Source: Callorhinchus milii (taxonomy: Eukaryota). Taken from it: DNA of 64,000 bases. The position numbers and the translations under genes are program-made. Location of the stretch: assembly GCF_018977255.1 (NCBI RefSeq), contig NW_024704742.1, positions 55,988,001-56,052,000 on the forward strand, read 5' to 3'. Below, piece after piece: positions 22,677 through 35,836 of the stretch; the first letter of the stretch is position 1; each line of letters opens with the position of its first letter. A model generated the notes under the pieces. The model was not told the DNA's origin and searched no databases. It saw only the letters and a program-made list of their open reading frames with translations.

Positions 22677-25276
22677 TATACTGGATGTGTCCCTGGTAGA
22701 AAATTAGCCTCACGCTTGGTTGCTGTGGCTACAAACCCCACCATAATGATAGAATAGCTCTGTGGAATGAAATACTGTAAAGAAAGCAAATGATCCTCTT
22801 TCAAAACAATTTAGATTCTTTCCACTGGATTGATATTTATGGCAAGGTATTAAAAGACAGTCTTTGAATAAATACTGTAAAATGTTATCCTATCCAACAA
22901 ACCCAAGTTTTGCATTGTTTGTTAATGTTTTACTTAGTACTTCCAATCCTTACCGATTTTACCAAAAAGACTACATTTTAGGATTTTATTGGCGAAAAAT
23001 TCCACCTAGATCTAGCATTTCAGATCATTCAAAAATTGGCAATTGTTGAAGTCAGTCTTAGCTTTAAAGTAGTTTTTCTTAAAAGAACTTACCAAAACAG
23101 CTACAAAATTAAGAGTGTTTAATGCAACCCTTTTATAACACACTTCTTTATAGTGAGAATGTGGTTGTTTTCATTGCACATGTGCATAGCTTGTCTGCTG
23201 TGTTCTCTATGGTATGAAAATAGAGTAAATCTAAACCCGGGTGAAATTTCGACTCCATTATGTTTTAAAGTGAAGATTTACTTATGTAATCAAATGAGTG
23301 TTTCTGGTAAAACTTATCAAAGACTTAAGCAGGTAGGGAGTAAGAAGTCCTGTGAAGGTGGACAAAAAAAATTGGAAAGCTTAGATTTGGGGGGAAGTGA
23401 ATGTAGTAGTCTGTTGTAGAAGCTGCTTTATTACATGTTTTTTAAAAGAAAAAAATAATTCAGTGTAACAATGCAACACTGTTCTCAGTTTCACATAAGC
23501 TGACTTGTGGTGCAACCAAGAGTCATTAATTTCTGAATTGTGGCTAGAAGGTGTTGGCATTCAACTCAAAAATGACTCCTGCTTTCCCATAATACTATTT
23601 TAAACCTGACCAACAATAGGAAGGGGGGGGGAGCAGTTAGGGAGTCATATTTGAAGGTTTCAGCAACAACAAATAATATTTCCATGCTTCTGTAATGAAA
23701 AGTGCAAATAACTGAAACAAGAAAGATAGGTTCATCATCACATTCAAACATTAACCTAACCTCTCCTGATACTGATCAACTAGCAGTGCATATCCAGCAT
23801 GATCTGGTTATTGCCGTTTCCAGTATGCACTCACATTGTATTGTATTTCATCCGTGCGGGCAACTAAACTAGCATGGCTACATCATTACCAATTCAGGGG
23901 AACAAATTGATTCTTTTGCATATGTGTCAATCTAGCTATTTGCAGTTTTAAAGAGATACATACATATGCAGTATTTTGCTTGATGTAAGGTTTTCTTTGT
24001 GTTTATAAAGGTAAATTCCAAATGGATGCATTAATTTGCTTTGCTTCGCAATGCTTTACTAATCTAACTACATTATTTCTTTTAGCATTCAGTATGTAGT
24101 CATCTAGGTTTCCTGTTTTCTGTATGTTTTTATGCCGATGAACAAATCCCAGTCTCTTTAACAGCCAGTCTTAATACACAGTAGTATTCCTGCCTCAGAC
24201 AGATAGTGACGTTTCATGTAAATAAATAGCTGGTTGATTGATTACATCGAGAGCTAATTGCGGGCAGCTGTAAATGCAGGAGTTTGTTGAACACAGAACC
24301 TATTTATACAACTGTGATTTTCACACATGCTCCTACTCTCAGGAGATTTCCACATCTACATTAAGAGGTCATCATTTCAATGCTTTTTTTTCACACAGTG
24401 GCATGTATGAGTTGCTGTTGGTCACGTTTATTGTACCTATACATTCTAGTTGAGCATCAGGATGACACTATTTTCCTCTGAGAGATTTTTTGCTGTAATG
24501 TGAGGCTTAATTGGTTAATAAGATATTTGTTGGATAATGTGATTTTCTATTTATTAGTCTCGCTAATTTTATGTCTTGTTTGAAACTTAAAGCAGCTGTT
24601 ATATGCAGGATTCATTGTGGCAGTTTGAGTGGTATAATTTTGTAATGTTGCAATTGTACAGAATTTGGCAAGTGGAAACTTCTATTTGGGAATCAGCTAC
24701 CACTTAATACAGTAATTTTGAATAAAATGTGCCATTTGCAGTCTGAACACACTTGCAAGGTGGTATGTGAAATGAATTTGGGTGTGATAGGTTCACTGCT
24801 GTATTTGTTACGGCACCTAAACCAGCTGATTCAACTGGGTTGTAGAGGTGCTCTCTTCAGAATGAAACATCAAAATAAAACAATTTTCAAAAATAATAAC
24901 CTGTAGAATGGAAGAGGATATATTACAATCATAAACATTTAGAATAAATGTACCATACTGATCTTTGAGAATGTGAATGCAATTTTCTAGTGGATGACTC
25001 TTAAACGTTATATGTACATACAAAATATTTCCCACAACTCAATATTTAGTGGTCACATTAGAAGATTTTTTTCACACGGAGTGTGGAACACCTTACCGCA
25101 ATTGGCTGTTGAAGTTGAGCATTTAAAAAAAATTGAATAAATAGTTGAGAAAAATAATGTGAAGGGGTCTGAGGAAAGATTAGAACAGATGGCTCCAGTG
25201 GGGAGCTAACACCAGAACAGATAAGATGGCCAAGTATCCTGCTGTACTGTAATCAAAAGCTGCGATACATGTTATG

Positions 25277-25410
25277 ATAATAATAATCCTTATATTTGAT
25301 TTAGCACCTTATCACGTCATTAAGACGACTCAAAGCGCTTCACAGAACAAACTGTAAAGTTAAATCACTATATTTCGTGGACAAAACACGGTAGCCAATT
25401 GTGCACAGCA
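25277..25410 (-). mobile_element. SINE 3' fragment
   Basis: (TAA)n tail and caaagcgcttcacagaaca...gccaattgtgcacagca, matching the family 3' end. Confidence 0.7.
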
Positions 25411-27089
25411 GTTTGCTGAGCTTGTTACAAGCCAGGTATTACGGCAAAAAACAATTTCAACAGGCAGACAACATTTGCTACAATACCACTTAAGTTTTGG
25501 AACATGATGTGGAATTTAGTTGAACTGTATGGCTTTTTAGCGTATGTACTGAGGTAGAAATGTGAATTCCCATGTGATAGCTTATTCAGTGGTGCCAGTG
25601 AAGATTAAATTTGGGATGTTTCTGTCATGACTATGTGCAGACTACCAATCAGACCGCATGATGTGTTGCTGCGACAGAACTGTGAATGTTTTATGATTGT
25701 ACACTGAGTTGCGTGAAATAGTTTTCATACACAGAGTCGTCCGTAAGAAGATTACATACATAATCGAGTCTATGTTGTATGAAATCAAAACGCTACAAAA
25801 CTCATTGACTCAATTTCAAATTGCAATACATGTATCGCTTCAAAATGCTACTGGATCTTCCCAATTGGCTGAGGCCCCTTACCCATAGTCAAAATCGTAC
25901 AAAAATGCTTATTTTAGAAAAAAGTTAGAACGTTAAGTTGAAAAGATAATAACAACAATAAATGGACTAGTATGCAAGTCCAAGATTGCTATTACAATTG
26001 CCACCAGCCCTTCAATTCTCTTAAGAACCATATCCTATTGAAGCGGTATTCTTTCCTGTGACTCTTCAGAAATCCGTGTTGCTAGACTGCCAGATTACTA
26101 ACATTTTGCTGGCCTTTTTAATGAAATGTTGCCTGTTAGGGAAAGCTACTTTTGAGTTATTTTCAGGGATATTGCTAAGTACAATTTTTGTGGTTGTCAT
26201 TTTTTAAAAGGAGTAAATGTGTGGTCACTTTTATCTCTGAAGTTGCAGTTGCATAAAGGAAAGACTTTCTGCTTAGAGCTTATTGAAAATGCTGCAACAT
26301 AACATTAAAAATGCAAGAATTTCAGTTAATCCATGAGCTGCCAGACAAACAGAAGATGAAATATGTTTTTCAATTGCTGTGTAGGTCAAAATTTAACCAG
26401 ACGTGCAACAATCCTCAACAACCTCATCAGTGCAGCTCATCAAGTCACCAAGTCATCTCTTAACTCTACTGCAAAAGTGACACTATCTTCTGCTTTTGGA
26501 CTGAATTCTGGCTTCTCAACAAGAATTTTTTCTTGTATAAACTAATCCAGATCAGTGATTTCTCCCCAAATGGGCCCCTTCGGTTCCCAGACCTCCCAAA
26601 GGCCAAATTTAGTTTTGCTCCTGTGGTATGTAAAGCCATAGATTAGTGGTTCCTAAACCGGTGCCAGTGTATTCCATTCAGGGCTATTAGGCAGCGCATG
26701 AAATAACTTGCAAAGAAAAGAATCGTGCACAAAATTGAATACAATTGTATTTGTAACTTAAAATCATAATTGAAATTGTGTATATTTGTATTTGCTTACC
26801 ATAATGATCATGTTACTTCATTGTAGGGCTGTCACATTGTTACATATGGTATTCAGAATGCTCAAATTCTATTACATTTCTGAATATTTGACAGTCATTA
26901 CTAAAGTGGAGCCAGTCATAAGAAATATTTCTGCAGCCATTTTATACTCGTTTGGAGTGGATTTATGCTCGTGCTGTCAAGGATGGTTTAGGACAGACTC
27001 AAATTCCCTATTCAATGTATGAAATCTATATACTGATGCATGGCTTTTGAGTGCCTGGATATGTGAGTTTTGTAGCCAATGTAGCTCAG

Positions 27090-27388
27090 TAATAATAATA
27101 ATTCTTGCATTTGATATATCGCCTTATCATGTCTTCGAGACGTCTCAAAGTGCTTCACAGAATATATTGTAAAGTGCAATGAGTCTGTATTTTGTGTGCA
27201 AAACATGACAGTCAATTGCAGATAGCAGTGTCCCACAAACAGCCGTGGATTGAGTGACCATATTTTTAAGGGTTTATTACCCCCAGAAAGTGATCTACCA
27301 ATCGACTAACAAACGGTTCCTACTTACTGCTAGGTGAACAGAGGAGTGTGTGTGGAGTAAGCAAACTTGCCTAAGCTTTCACCCTGCC
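27090..27388 (-). mobile_element. Older, longer subfamily of the tRNA-Ala SINE (head missing)
   Basis: Shares ggcagggtgaaa..ggcaagttt..ttactccacac and the 3' tail, but carries an extra ~68-bp central segment (about 27280-27346). Confidence 0.75.
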
Positions 27389-27474
27389 CAAGTACTCAAA
27401 TGACAATGACATTATTAATAAGCTGCTGATCCGGAGTGCTCAGATAGTTTTGATGCCACTTCATCATTCTGTTA

Positions 27475-27760
27475 TTGTGCTCTCCTCTTTACATCATGCC
27501 TCTGAGTCAGAAGAGTGTGTATTCAAGCCACATTTCAGGGCTTCGAACTCATATAGTCTACACTGACACTCCAATGCAGTGCTGAAATGTTGCCTCCTTA
27601 GGATTAGATGTTAAACCAACATCTGACCGTTCAAGGTAAAGATCCCATGACACTATCCAAAAAGAAAAGAGAATTTGTTCCTGGTGTCCTGGTGAACAAT
27701 CGCCAAATCAGACTTTCACTTCATGGCTGCTTGTGGAACATTGCTATGTGCAAAATGCAA
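27475..27760 (+). mobile_element. Old Deu-domain SINE
   Basis: gcctctgagtcagaag...ggattagatgttaaacc...aaagatcccatgacactatccaaaaag...cctggtgtcctgg; aligns to the 1-270 copy. Confidence 0.65.
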
Positions 27761-27963
27761 GTTTTTTAATAATTTATTTTACATTTGTTTAGGCTTCCTT
27801 GAATTCAATTTGTGTAGAAATTTTCTGAACCCGAAACTGTGTCAAGTTAATTTGAAACATTTGTGTTCTGCAATCAGTGCTTTTTATTGAATTTACATTG
27901 CATGAAACTAAGCCCATACAGGTCTTTCTACAGATTCAATAACAAATTTATTTGCATTTCCAG

Positions 27964-28025
27964 GGTTAATTACAACAACTTCACGAAAACTAGACCGAGA
28001 GCAGCAAGCAGAACACATCCTTGAG
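27964..28025 (+). CDS. FAT1: FAT1 coding exon (putative exon 4, 62 bp)
   Basis: tttccag|GG ... GAG|gtgagt. Reads (G)LITTTSRKLDREQQAEHILE; phases fit both neighbours. Too short for the ORF track. Confidence 0.95.
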
Positions 28026-29564
28026 GTGAGTGCAGGCTATTTGCTTCCTTGGTTTTCGATCAAGAAACCTAGATTACGTAAATTAACATGGTGATATGAG
28101 AAATATAGGATAATTATTTTTCTGGATATTTATTTTGCTTAATTTCCAATGAGTTTATGTCAATCAGATTTGGAGGGTTTTATATATTGGACAGTTTTGT
28201 TTGTGCATCCTAGTAATTTACAAACTGTATCAGTCATTCATTAGCGACATTAATTCGTTCAGAAGAACGCATATGTAAGAGTACTTTATTTTTTATGAAT
28301 ACACATTAGAGAGGCCGAACTTGGAACAATTTTTCAAAATACCCGCAAGAGTACCAATGGAAGCAGATATGTCAGAGGTGTGTGTAGAGCTGAAGTCATC
28401 TTTATAATCTACCACAAAATACTCAGCTACAAGAAAAATAGCTGTTCCTTACAATCAGTCTGAAAAGGGATCATGAACAATGTCTCAATTTACCATTCTA
28501 CTACATCTGCTTTATTCAGTGCTTCTGAAAATGGCTAGAGGCAGAAGTGTATGAAGGATTTCCAGGGTTAAACAAGGCTGACCTTGTAAGAGATATTGAA
28601 TAAAGCTCAAATTTTGAGAGAAAATGAGACAAGAAAGGTATTCTGTATATGATAAAATATTTCACAATAACGATGCTTCATGGTCATAATTAGACTCTAA
28701 TAATCCATCTGTATTATCAAGACTTTCATGGTCTAGTCTCTTGTCGTTGATTTTAACCATTTTTGTACTGGGCTCTTTAAATGAACATCTGATGGACTGG
28801 GCCTGAAACAATAATGGAATGTCATGTATTGTGGATAAGAACTCAGAGAGAAAGACAGAGACAGAGAGATAGGCAAACAGAGTGGGAAGAGACTCAGAAG
28901 AGCGAGAGACGGATTTGCACAGTGGTACTAAGGTGACGGTACTGTGAAACTCCCGATGGAACCATTTTTTGATTAGCACTGTAGCCAATTTGTATTTTTG
29001 CATAAGAATCAGTTATCCACACTGAATTCACATAGGGGCGTAGCTCAATTAGTGCGGAAAATCAGTTCTCTACTGTATTGTTTATCAGTAAAAGGAAATA
29101 GATCTATGTTTGAGCAGAACTGACCTTTGTTTAGTGAGTTTTGTGGAGTGAGCAATTCTGAATAAAACAGTCAATTGGGTAAGTAACCTACAGTTTGACC
29201 CTTTTATTGAATCCCGACTCAGTACTGTAATCTCCACTTACATTTTTCTCTTAGATCTCCAAAATCTTTTGACAGGGTGTGGCACAATGCATTTTCAAAC
29301 AGACCCTATCTTATGACCTTCTATCCAATTTATGTTTGTGGCTATCTGATTTCTTCCCAAATTGATAGGGGAACATCAATCACGTTTCGTTCAATTCCTT
29401 GAAGAGTGGAATTTATTTCGTCTCTTGCAAGTTTAACCAACAACTGACGCCCACATCTTCTTTCAGTGTACTTTTTTTTACTTTATTTATCTGATGATCA
29501 ATCTTAATTCTTCATTCATCAACATTCTTAGTTTCACTCCAACCTCTGATCCGAAATATAATAA

Positions 29565-29935
29565 TAAATAACATTTGCATATGATTTGTTGAAAGATCTC
29601 AAAGTGCTTCTGAAAATTGAGTTACATTTGAAGAGTAGTGATTGTTATTTATGCAAACATGGCAGCGAATCTCAGCTGACAATATCCAATTTACAGCAGT
29701 GAAAAAATAACCAATTCACCTATGTAGTTTTGGCGAATTTGGATGAAATGAGGAATATTAATCAAGATAGGGAGAACTCCTTGCTCTTTGTGAAGTAATG
29801 CTATGGGAGCTTTAACATTTGCCTGGAAAGGCAGACTGGACTACCAGATGAGATAACTTTATGACTTACCCAAAGGATATTTCCCACAATCCAGCACTCT
29901 GACAATACTGTCAATGTCAAGTGTCAATGTGGATT
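29565..29935 (-). mobile_element. Very diverged Deu-type SINE
   Basis: Tail aataacatttgcat...tctcaaagtgcttc and remnants ggagaactccttgctcttt...gctatgggagctttaacat. Confidence 0.5.
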
Positions 29936-30489
29936 ATGATTCCAAGTGTGAATTGTTAAAGCAACCAAGGATCGATTTCCTTTTTCAAGTCAAATGTATA
30001 TATTTTCCCTCAATAATTCTTAACTCTGTATCAAGTCCCAATTTGTCTGGTGCTTGAATATTGCTCCACAACATAGAGAAACTCCTTCCAGCAAGCATTC
30101 TTTTTCATCCATGGGTGGAATACAAGATAAGACATCATTTACTCACCTCTGGTAGCTTTATCCTCTCTCAATCCGTCACAATCTGTACCTCTTTTATCCA
30201 TTCCATTACGGTCGATGATTTTTATGTTGTTATTTTCCCTATTTTCTTTGTTATTTTTCCCAGCTTGAACTGTACCACTGCATATGGTCTTGAATCTTGT
30301 TGCATTGTTGTTAAATTGAACTAAAAAATTATTGTTTGTCTCAAACCTTTAACTTCTTCTGAAGACTTCTCAAGAACGTCAAGATTCAAGATCCTTGCCT
30401 TCCTCGGTCTTGTCTTCCTACAATCTACAGGCATTCAAAACCAGAATGTTCCATTATTTGTCACTTTATTTCTTTATTTTATTTCAGTG

Positions 30490-30730
30490 AGGTTTCAGCC
30501 ATTCTGCCTCCGCTTTCTGGAATTCCACCCTCCGACTTGCTCTCTCCCTCCTCTCTTTCAAAGCACGTCTGAAAATGTACCTCTTTGAGCACAGTTTCTG
30601 TCACCTTTCCCCACACCCCTTGGCTCCTACAGCCAGCTCAGTTGCTCATCGAACACTGTGAAGTGCTGTGAGACGTCCTCCCAATGTGAAATGTATTTAA
30701 ATATCTATATAAATGTAAATTGAATTGCAT
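30490..30730 (+). mobile_element. L2 3' fragment, diverged
   Basis: ttcagccattctgcc...ctggaattccaccct...ctgtgaagtgctgtgagacgtcctccc...ctatataaatgtaaatt. Confidence 0.65.
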
Positions 30731-31374
30731 TGTTTCAGCCTTGGTGGTGTGTAGTGCATTGGGCATGATCCTTTCAATTAAATTCTCAACAAAATTAAGT
30801 AGGTTTACTCTTTTCTAGGTGTAGTTATTTTACCCATTCTTGTGCTTTATTTTGATGTGAACAGACAGCTTGACTCTTCTCTCTGATTAGTTACAGACCA
30901 GTTCTGTGAGCTGATCTAAAAGTGACAGACTGTTGGTTGTTGCAGGCGCTAAGGTGTCATTCAAGTAATTGCTTAATCTATTCAGAAATCTGTTATGTTC
31001 TCAACAAACAATGTGTAGAACACTCTTTTATTTCAGCTCACCAGTTACAATATCAAACAGTTTAACCAAAAACCCTTTATCCAGTTCTCCATGCTTCCTG
31101 CTTTTCTACCTCCTGATCCCCTTCCATTGGTCCTAGTCAATTGGTCCTTATTGTCTTAATGAGTATCCAACAAAATCTATCAAAAAATAAAACAACATGT
31201 AAAATATGTTAACATTCTGTTATGCAATACAAATGTTCACCCATACCTTGCAAAATTGAAAATGGTAGCATTACAGTGTTGCATTAGTTCCTTTATATTG
31301 CATTTTTTCCCCTTTTCTCTTCCACTGAGGCATAGTTTCAAGAGCAGCTGACACTCCATTACCTTACTTAAATG

Positions 31375-31560
31375 GTTATTATTCATGTGTGAGACTTTGT
31401 AATGAATACCGGCAGCGTATTCGACTGCTGAAAGCACCACAGCTTGAGTATGATTCTCCCGTTGCCTGGTGTTCACACATAGGCACCAGTAACATGGGTT
31501 TTGTATACGGATAGGGAGCAGGAATCCTTGCTAATTTTTCCATTGCTAACCTGGGGCTTT
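31375..31560 (-). repeat. Ancient unassigned interspersed repeat, copy 2
   Basis: Reverse complement contains aatacgctgccggtattcattacaaagtctcacacatgaataat. Confidence 0.5.
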
Positions 31561-32789
31561 AAATCATTTATAAAGCCTCTGGTGCAACTGAGCACAGACC
31601 AGGGCTCGAAGCTTGAACTAAATGACCAAGGCTCTCACTTGAATGAACTTGAGGAGCTATTTGGGAAAGCTTCAAAGGCTGTTTTAAATTAAGAAATTGA
31701 CTTACCTGCACTTCATGCTATGTAAAGTCATCAAAAGACATGGAAATAGGGTTGAAGCTTATAGACATTAGTATAGTTGAGTAAATATTTTGTAAAACAT
31801 TGTATTTGTTGTGAGCCTGGATCATGAAACTTTTGATGCGTGACAAAGTGAGGGGATGGATAAATTAGGAATTTAGCTGCCAGTGGGGGGAAGAGGGAAC
31901 AATATTTGCAGGTGATTAGTGAGAAAGAGCATATATTTTCAGCATAAATGGCAGTGAAAATGGCAGTGACCAGAATGACTTATCAATTGGTAATTTTTTT
32001 TAGTACAAAGGAAAATTCCAACCTGACTTTTAAGAGATCCCATGTTACAACAAAAACATCTTATAATTAAACACCATTGAAATGCATTTAAGAGTTCTTC
32101 TGTGGTAAGGATAAACTGGAATAAAACCTTATCATTGAATGTTCTTTTAAGAAAATATGAGAATCTGTTTACTTCCATTATAAGTGTGTCTAGTTACGCC
32201 ACTATGGCTCCTGAGAGGTTAATATTTTGTTTAGATGAGATCACTTCATGCATCAGGAAATACTGCTGGTGTTAAACACTTGAGTGCGTTGCAGGGTTTG
32301 GGTTGATTCGTAAGAGTGTTCGGTTTGGTTTTTCTCTTGACTCAAATATTTGAGAGACCCGGTGGCTCTATGCACCATTGTATTCTTCAAATTGTCCATA
32401 TGATAGCTGAGTGCAGGGCACCATATGAAATGTGCATGATTAGACAGGAAATTCATTACCTTGAATAAAGCTTGCTTTCTTTGGCTTTGGATGGCCAAGT
32501 CATCCATTGTACAAGTGGTAAACGGATCATTCATTACTCCACAAAACTACAAATAAATCCACTGCTGGGAGTGATGGATTGGAATATTGCTTTCACATAT
32601 TTTGGAATACATAATGGTTGAGGTGTTAATCCATTTCAAGACATTTTAAGCATTTTAGTTTCCAGACGAACAGTTGTTAGACAGGGAGAGTTAATATTCT
32701 TTTTTAAACTTTATTTTGCCTCATGGGTTCATGTTCATGGATTTTAAATTTGATTGTACCTTTTATGTTTTTCTCTCATTTTCAAGGTA

Positions 32790-32961
32790 CAGTAAACCTC
32801 ACGTAAGTTGTATCAGTTGGGACAAAACATTTAATATGACATTCAAAGTATGAATTATGTGAAACTTGCATAACTTATAGGACATTCAACAGGACTTGGA
32901 CAGATGTACTACTTAGGCAATTATATGATTTATGCAGATTAAATTTATGTAAGTTTTATTG
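32790..32961. mobile_element. Tc1/mariner (Tigger-like) MITE remnant
   Basis: Left end TA|CAGTAAACCTCACGTAAGT versus reverse complement of right end CAATAAAACTTACATAAAT (14/19 identical). Confidence 0.45.
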
Positions 32962-32964
32962 CAT

Positions 32965-33067
32965 TAATAATCCTTGCATTTGATATAGCGCTTTTCACGT
33001 CTTCTAGACGTCTCAAAGCGCTTCACAGAATAGACTATAAAGTGAATTGACTGTGTATTTGTGGGCA
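32965..33067 (-). mobile_element. SINE 3' fragment
   Basis: taataatccttgcatttgatatagcgcttttcacgtc...caaagcgcttcacagaa. Confidence 0.8.
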
Positions 33068-35836
33068 TAATCCTGCTCTCTGACTCTACCAGAGGAGTCT
33101 CATGTGTAGTGTTTGATACACTTGACAATTAGCAGGTAGAATTCAGCATTGATGTGCATCGTCAGTCCTTCTCTCCCTCAAATGTTAATGGAACGTGAGT
33201 AAGTGAGAGTAATTGGGATTGTGTGGAAAAGAGACCTGGAATTTGTGATATGATTAAAGTATCATCTGCTTGGCTCCTTTGCAAGCAGTGACAAGATGTA
33301 CCATTTTAGCTGGTGAAACTCCAGTGGTATTTCAATGCTTACTCTAGGATCCTCGGGCCTCGGCCCCTGCCAAGCTGTGCCTAAATTCTCCAGGATTAGG
33401 CAAATAAGGTATATCCCACAAAGGAAAGCGTGCTCATTCCATACCAAGCAAACAGAAACCATTCTAATGTGCAACTGTCAGCAGTTTGCCTTGGAGACTT
33501 GGTTTACCTTCAAAATACTGTCATCACTCCTTACAGTAAGATTGTATGAAGCTTCATAGATTAGTGACCTGAAAGGCACTATATCAACTGCACCGATTAT
33601 TATTAGTATAGATTTTTGGCATGTATCAGACACTGGTTTACCAAAACAAAAGCGGTGAAAAATGTGAATTAAACAAAAACAAGTGTAACAATACTAGTGA
33701 AGAGAAATTCCACTTGGTTCTATTTTTACTCTGTATCATTTCAGAACACCCAGAATTAGTCAAAATGTTGAATTCAGTTTTAGCTTTAAAGTCTGTTTTT
33801 TGTGGTTCTTAAAAGAACTTACATAAAACCCTGTTGAGAATGAAGGCTGTATTTAAGTATTTGCCAAATTCTTGGTACTCTAAAATGCTCCATAAATATA
33901 GCAAATTTAGACCCCTGTGGATATTATTTATCTATTTATATCTTTAATTTTTTTTCTCTAGATATCTGTGACAAGGTTTAAATTACTGTAAAGGCTTCTT
34001 TTTGTCTCCTTTCTTTAAGCCTATACACTGGCTTGTTCTTTGTCAGCTAGAGCTTGTAGATAGTACTTTAAATTATCAACTTCAATGCATCTTATGTTTC
34101 CTTTATGTTTTGAGCCTTGCATATTCATAAACTGATAACCGGTGTGTTGCTAGGGCCTGGTTTTGTTGTTGCAGACCTAGCTGTCTTTCTCACTGCAGTC
34201 ACTTTTACCTGATAATACCTTGTAATTTCAGGAAGGAAGAGACCAGTGTAAAGATCCTTTGTGTTAACAGGAAAGACACTTCTTCACCAGCACAATGGTG
34301 TCTGCTGTATAACTTTTTACCTAATGGAGATGCTTTCACTGTTAATGCTGGTGCATTGTTAACCAAATGACATTAGGCGCAGTATTTGCAGAGTCAAATG
34401 GTAATGGACAAATGCTTGAAACCTGATATTTTGAAGAATGGTTCAGGTAATTTTGTTCTCTCCTGGAGCCTTTAGTGGTCTGGGGGAATATTTAAACACT
34501 ATTGATGAAAAAATCATAGAATAATATTGCAGTTACCATGAGATAAATGCTGTGCTTCAATAAAATAACAAATTAAATGTGCATTGACTAAATGTGCTTG
34601 TAAGCCTTTGAGTGTTGTGCAAATTTTTTTTTGATAACCAGTGTGACTTAGGTGTGCAGCATGACTGTGGTGAGTCGTGTCAATCCAGAAGTCGATCACT
34701 TTACTTGAACATCTGATTCAGCAGTTTCCCACTGTTAAGAAAAATACTTTCCACAGGAGTTTAATAAAACAAATGGAACATTTGGCTTGCGGGGGAAGTG
34801 GTGTGAGTGAGGTGAGGGAATAAAGAGAAAAGAAAAGTCTCCGTTTTATTGTGCATTGCATAATTGCACTGAATGCCTTTGTATCTGGGAATAAAAATGT
34901 ATGAAACTCTTAGGTAATTCAGAGCATAGAGTGCACAGAAACGGCTGACAGGTGGATTAAATGTGTACAGAGTGGTACCATTACCTCTAAGGAAGATTCT
35001 TTTAACAATTTCATTAAACAGAGTTGAGGTGCAAGGAATCTCCTTGAACAATTCCCCACCAGTTGGAATCACTGACTTTGGTTATTTGAGCATAAAATGT
35101 AGAAATCCACTTGCTTGTGGACAGCATCAAGATTGGTTCATTTAAGAGTTGCCTCTCTGTAGTGTTAAACAATTTTGCCAAATGAGACCTACAGTATTTT
35201 CATATAAGCTTGCTCAACATGAAATAACTCTTCTGAGCAAAGAGCTTTTGATGATGCTCACCGCTGACTGGTGGTAATCTATTCAGACCACCATGTGTTG
35301 TTACTGCAGTATTAATGAAAGGCATAATTACGAGTGAAAGCAGGTTGGAAATGTTAAGACAATTTAAACTGAAATATAAAATCTATGGGAATTAATTCTG
35401 ACTCATTTATATCACCATTTTAAAGTTCATGGTAAGCTTTGTTAATTGTCTGGCTACAGTAAGATTGAGTGTGCATGCTCTGGAGACTGAGTGAATCAGC
35501 AGACAAAGTAGCTGCTTTCTGATGCGAGCAAACAATTTAATCGGAAAATAACATGGTACTGTATGTTCAGATATTTAAGAAGTTGTGCTAGGCTAAATGA
35601 GAAGTGAAAGTGCTAGCATAGTTGTTTCATAATACTTGCGTGTGGTATGCTTTTGTAATGTCTAGGTACAACAGTGAATCCAGACTGGCCATGATAATAT
35701 CATTTGTTATTGGAAGATAGCATACTTTGTGATAAGCAGTACAACTTGTTCAAGAGCAAAAGATCACTACTTAGCCAGTGGAGAAAAATGCTTCAGGCCT
35801 ATGAACTGTGCAAACTGTCAATATTATTAAAATGAT

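Noticed and set aside
26570..26700. hAT MITE with CAGTGATT/TAGTGGTTCCTAAAC-like ends
   Set aside because: No matching inverted partner or TSD found.
33962..33975. Possible alternative exon after a T-tract (ag|ATATCTGTGACAAG|gtttaa, ISVT resembling the exon 5 start)
   Set aside because: 14 nt, frame-breaking, poor donor; the resemblance is only four residues.
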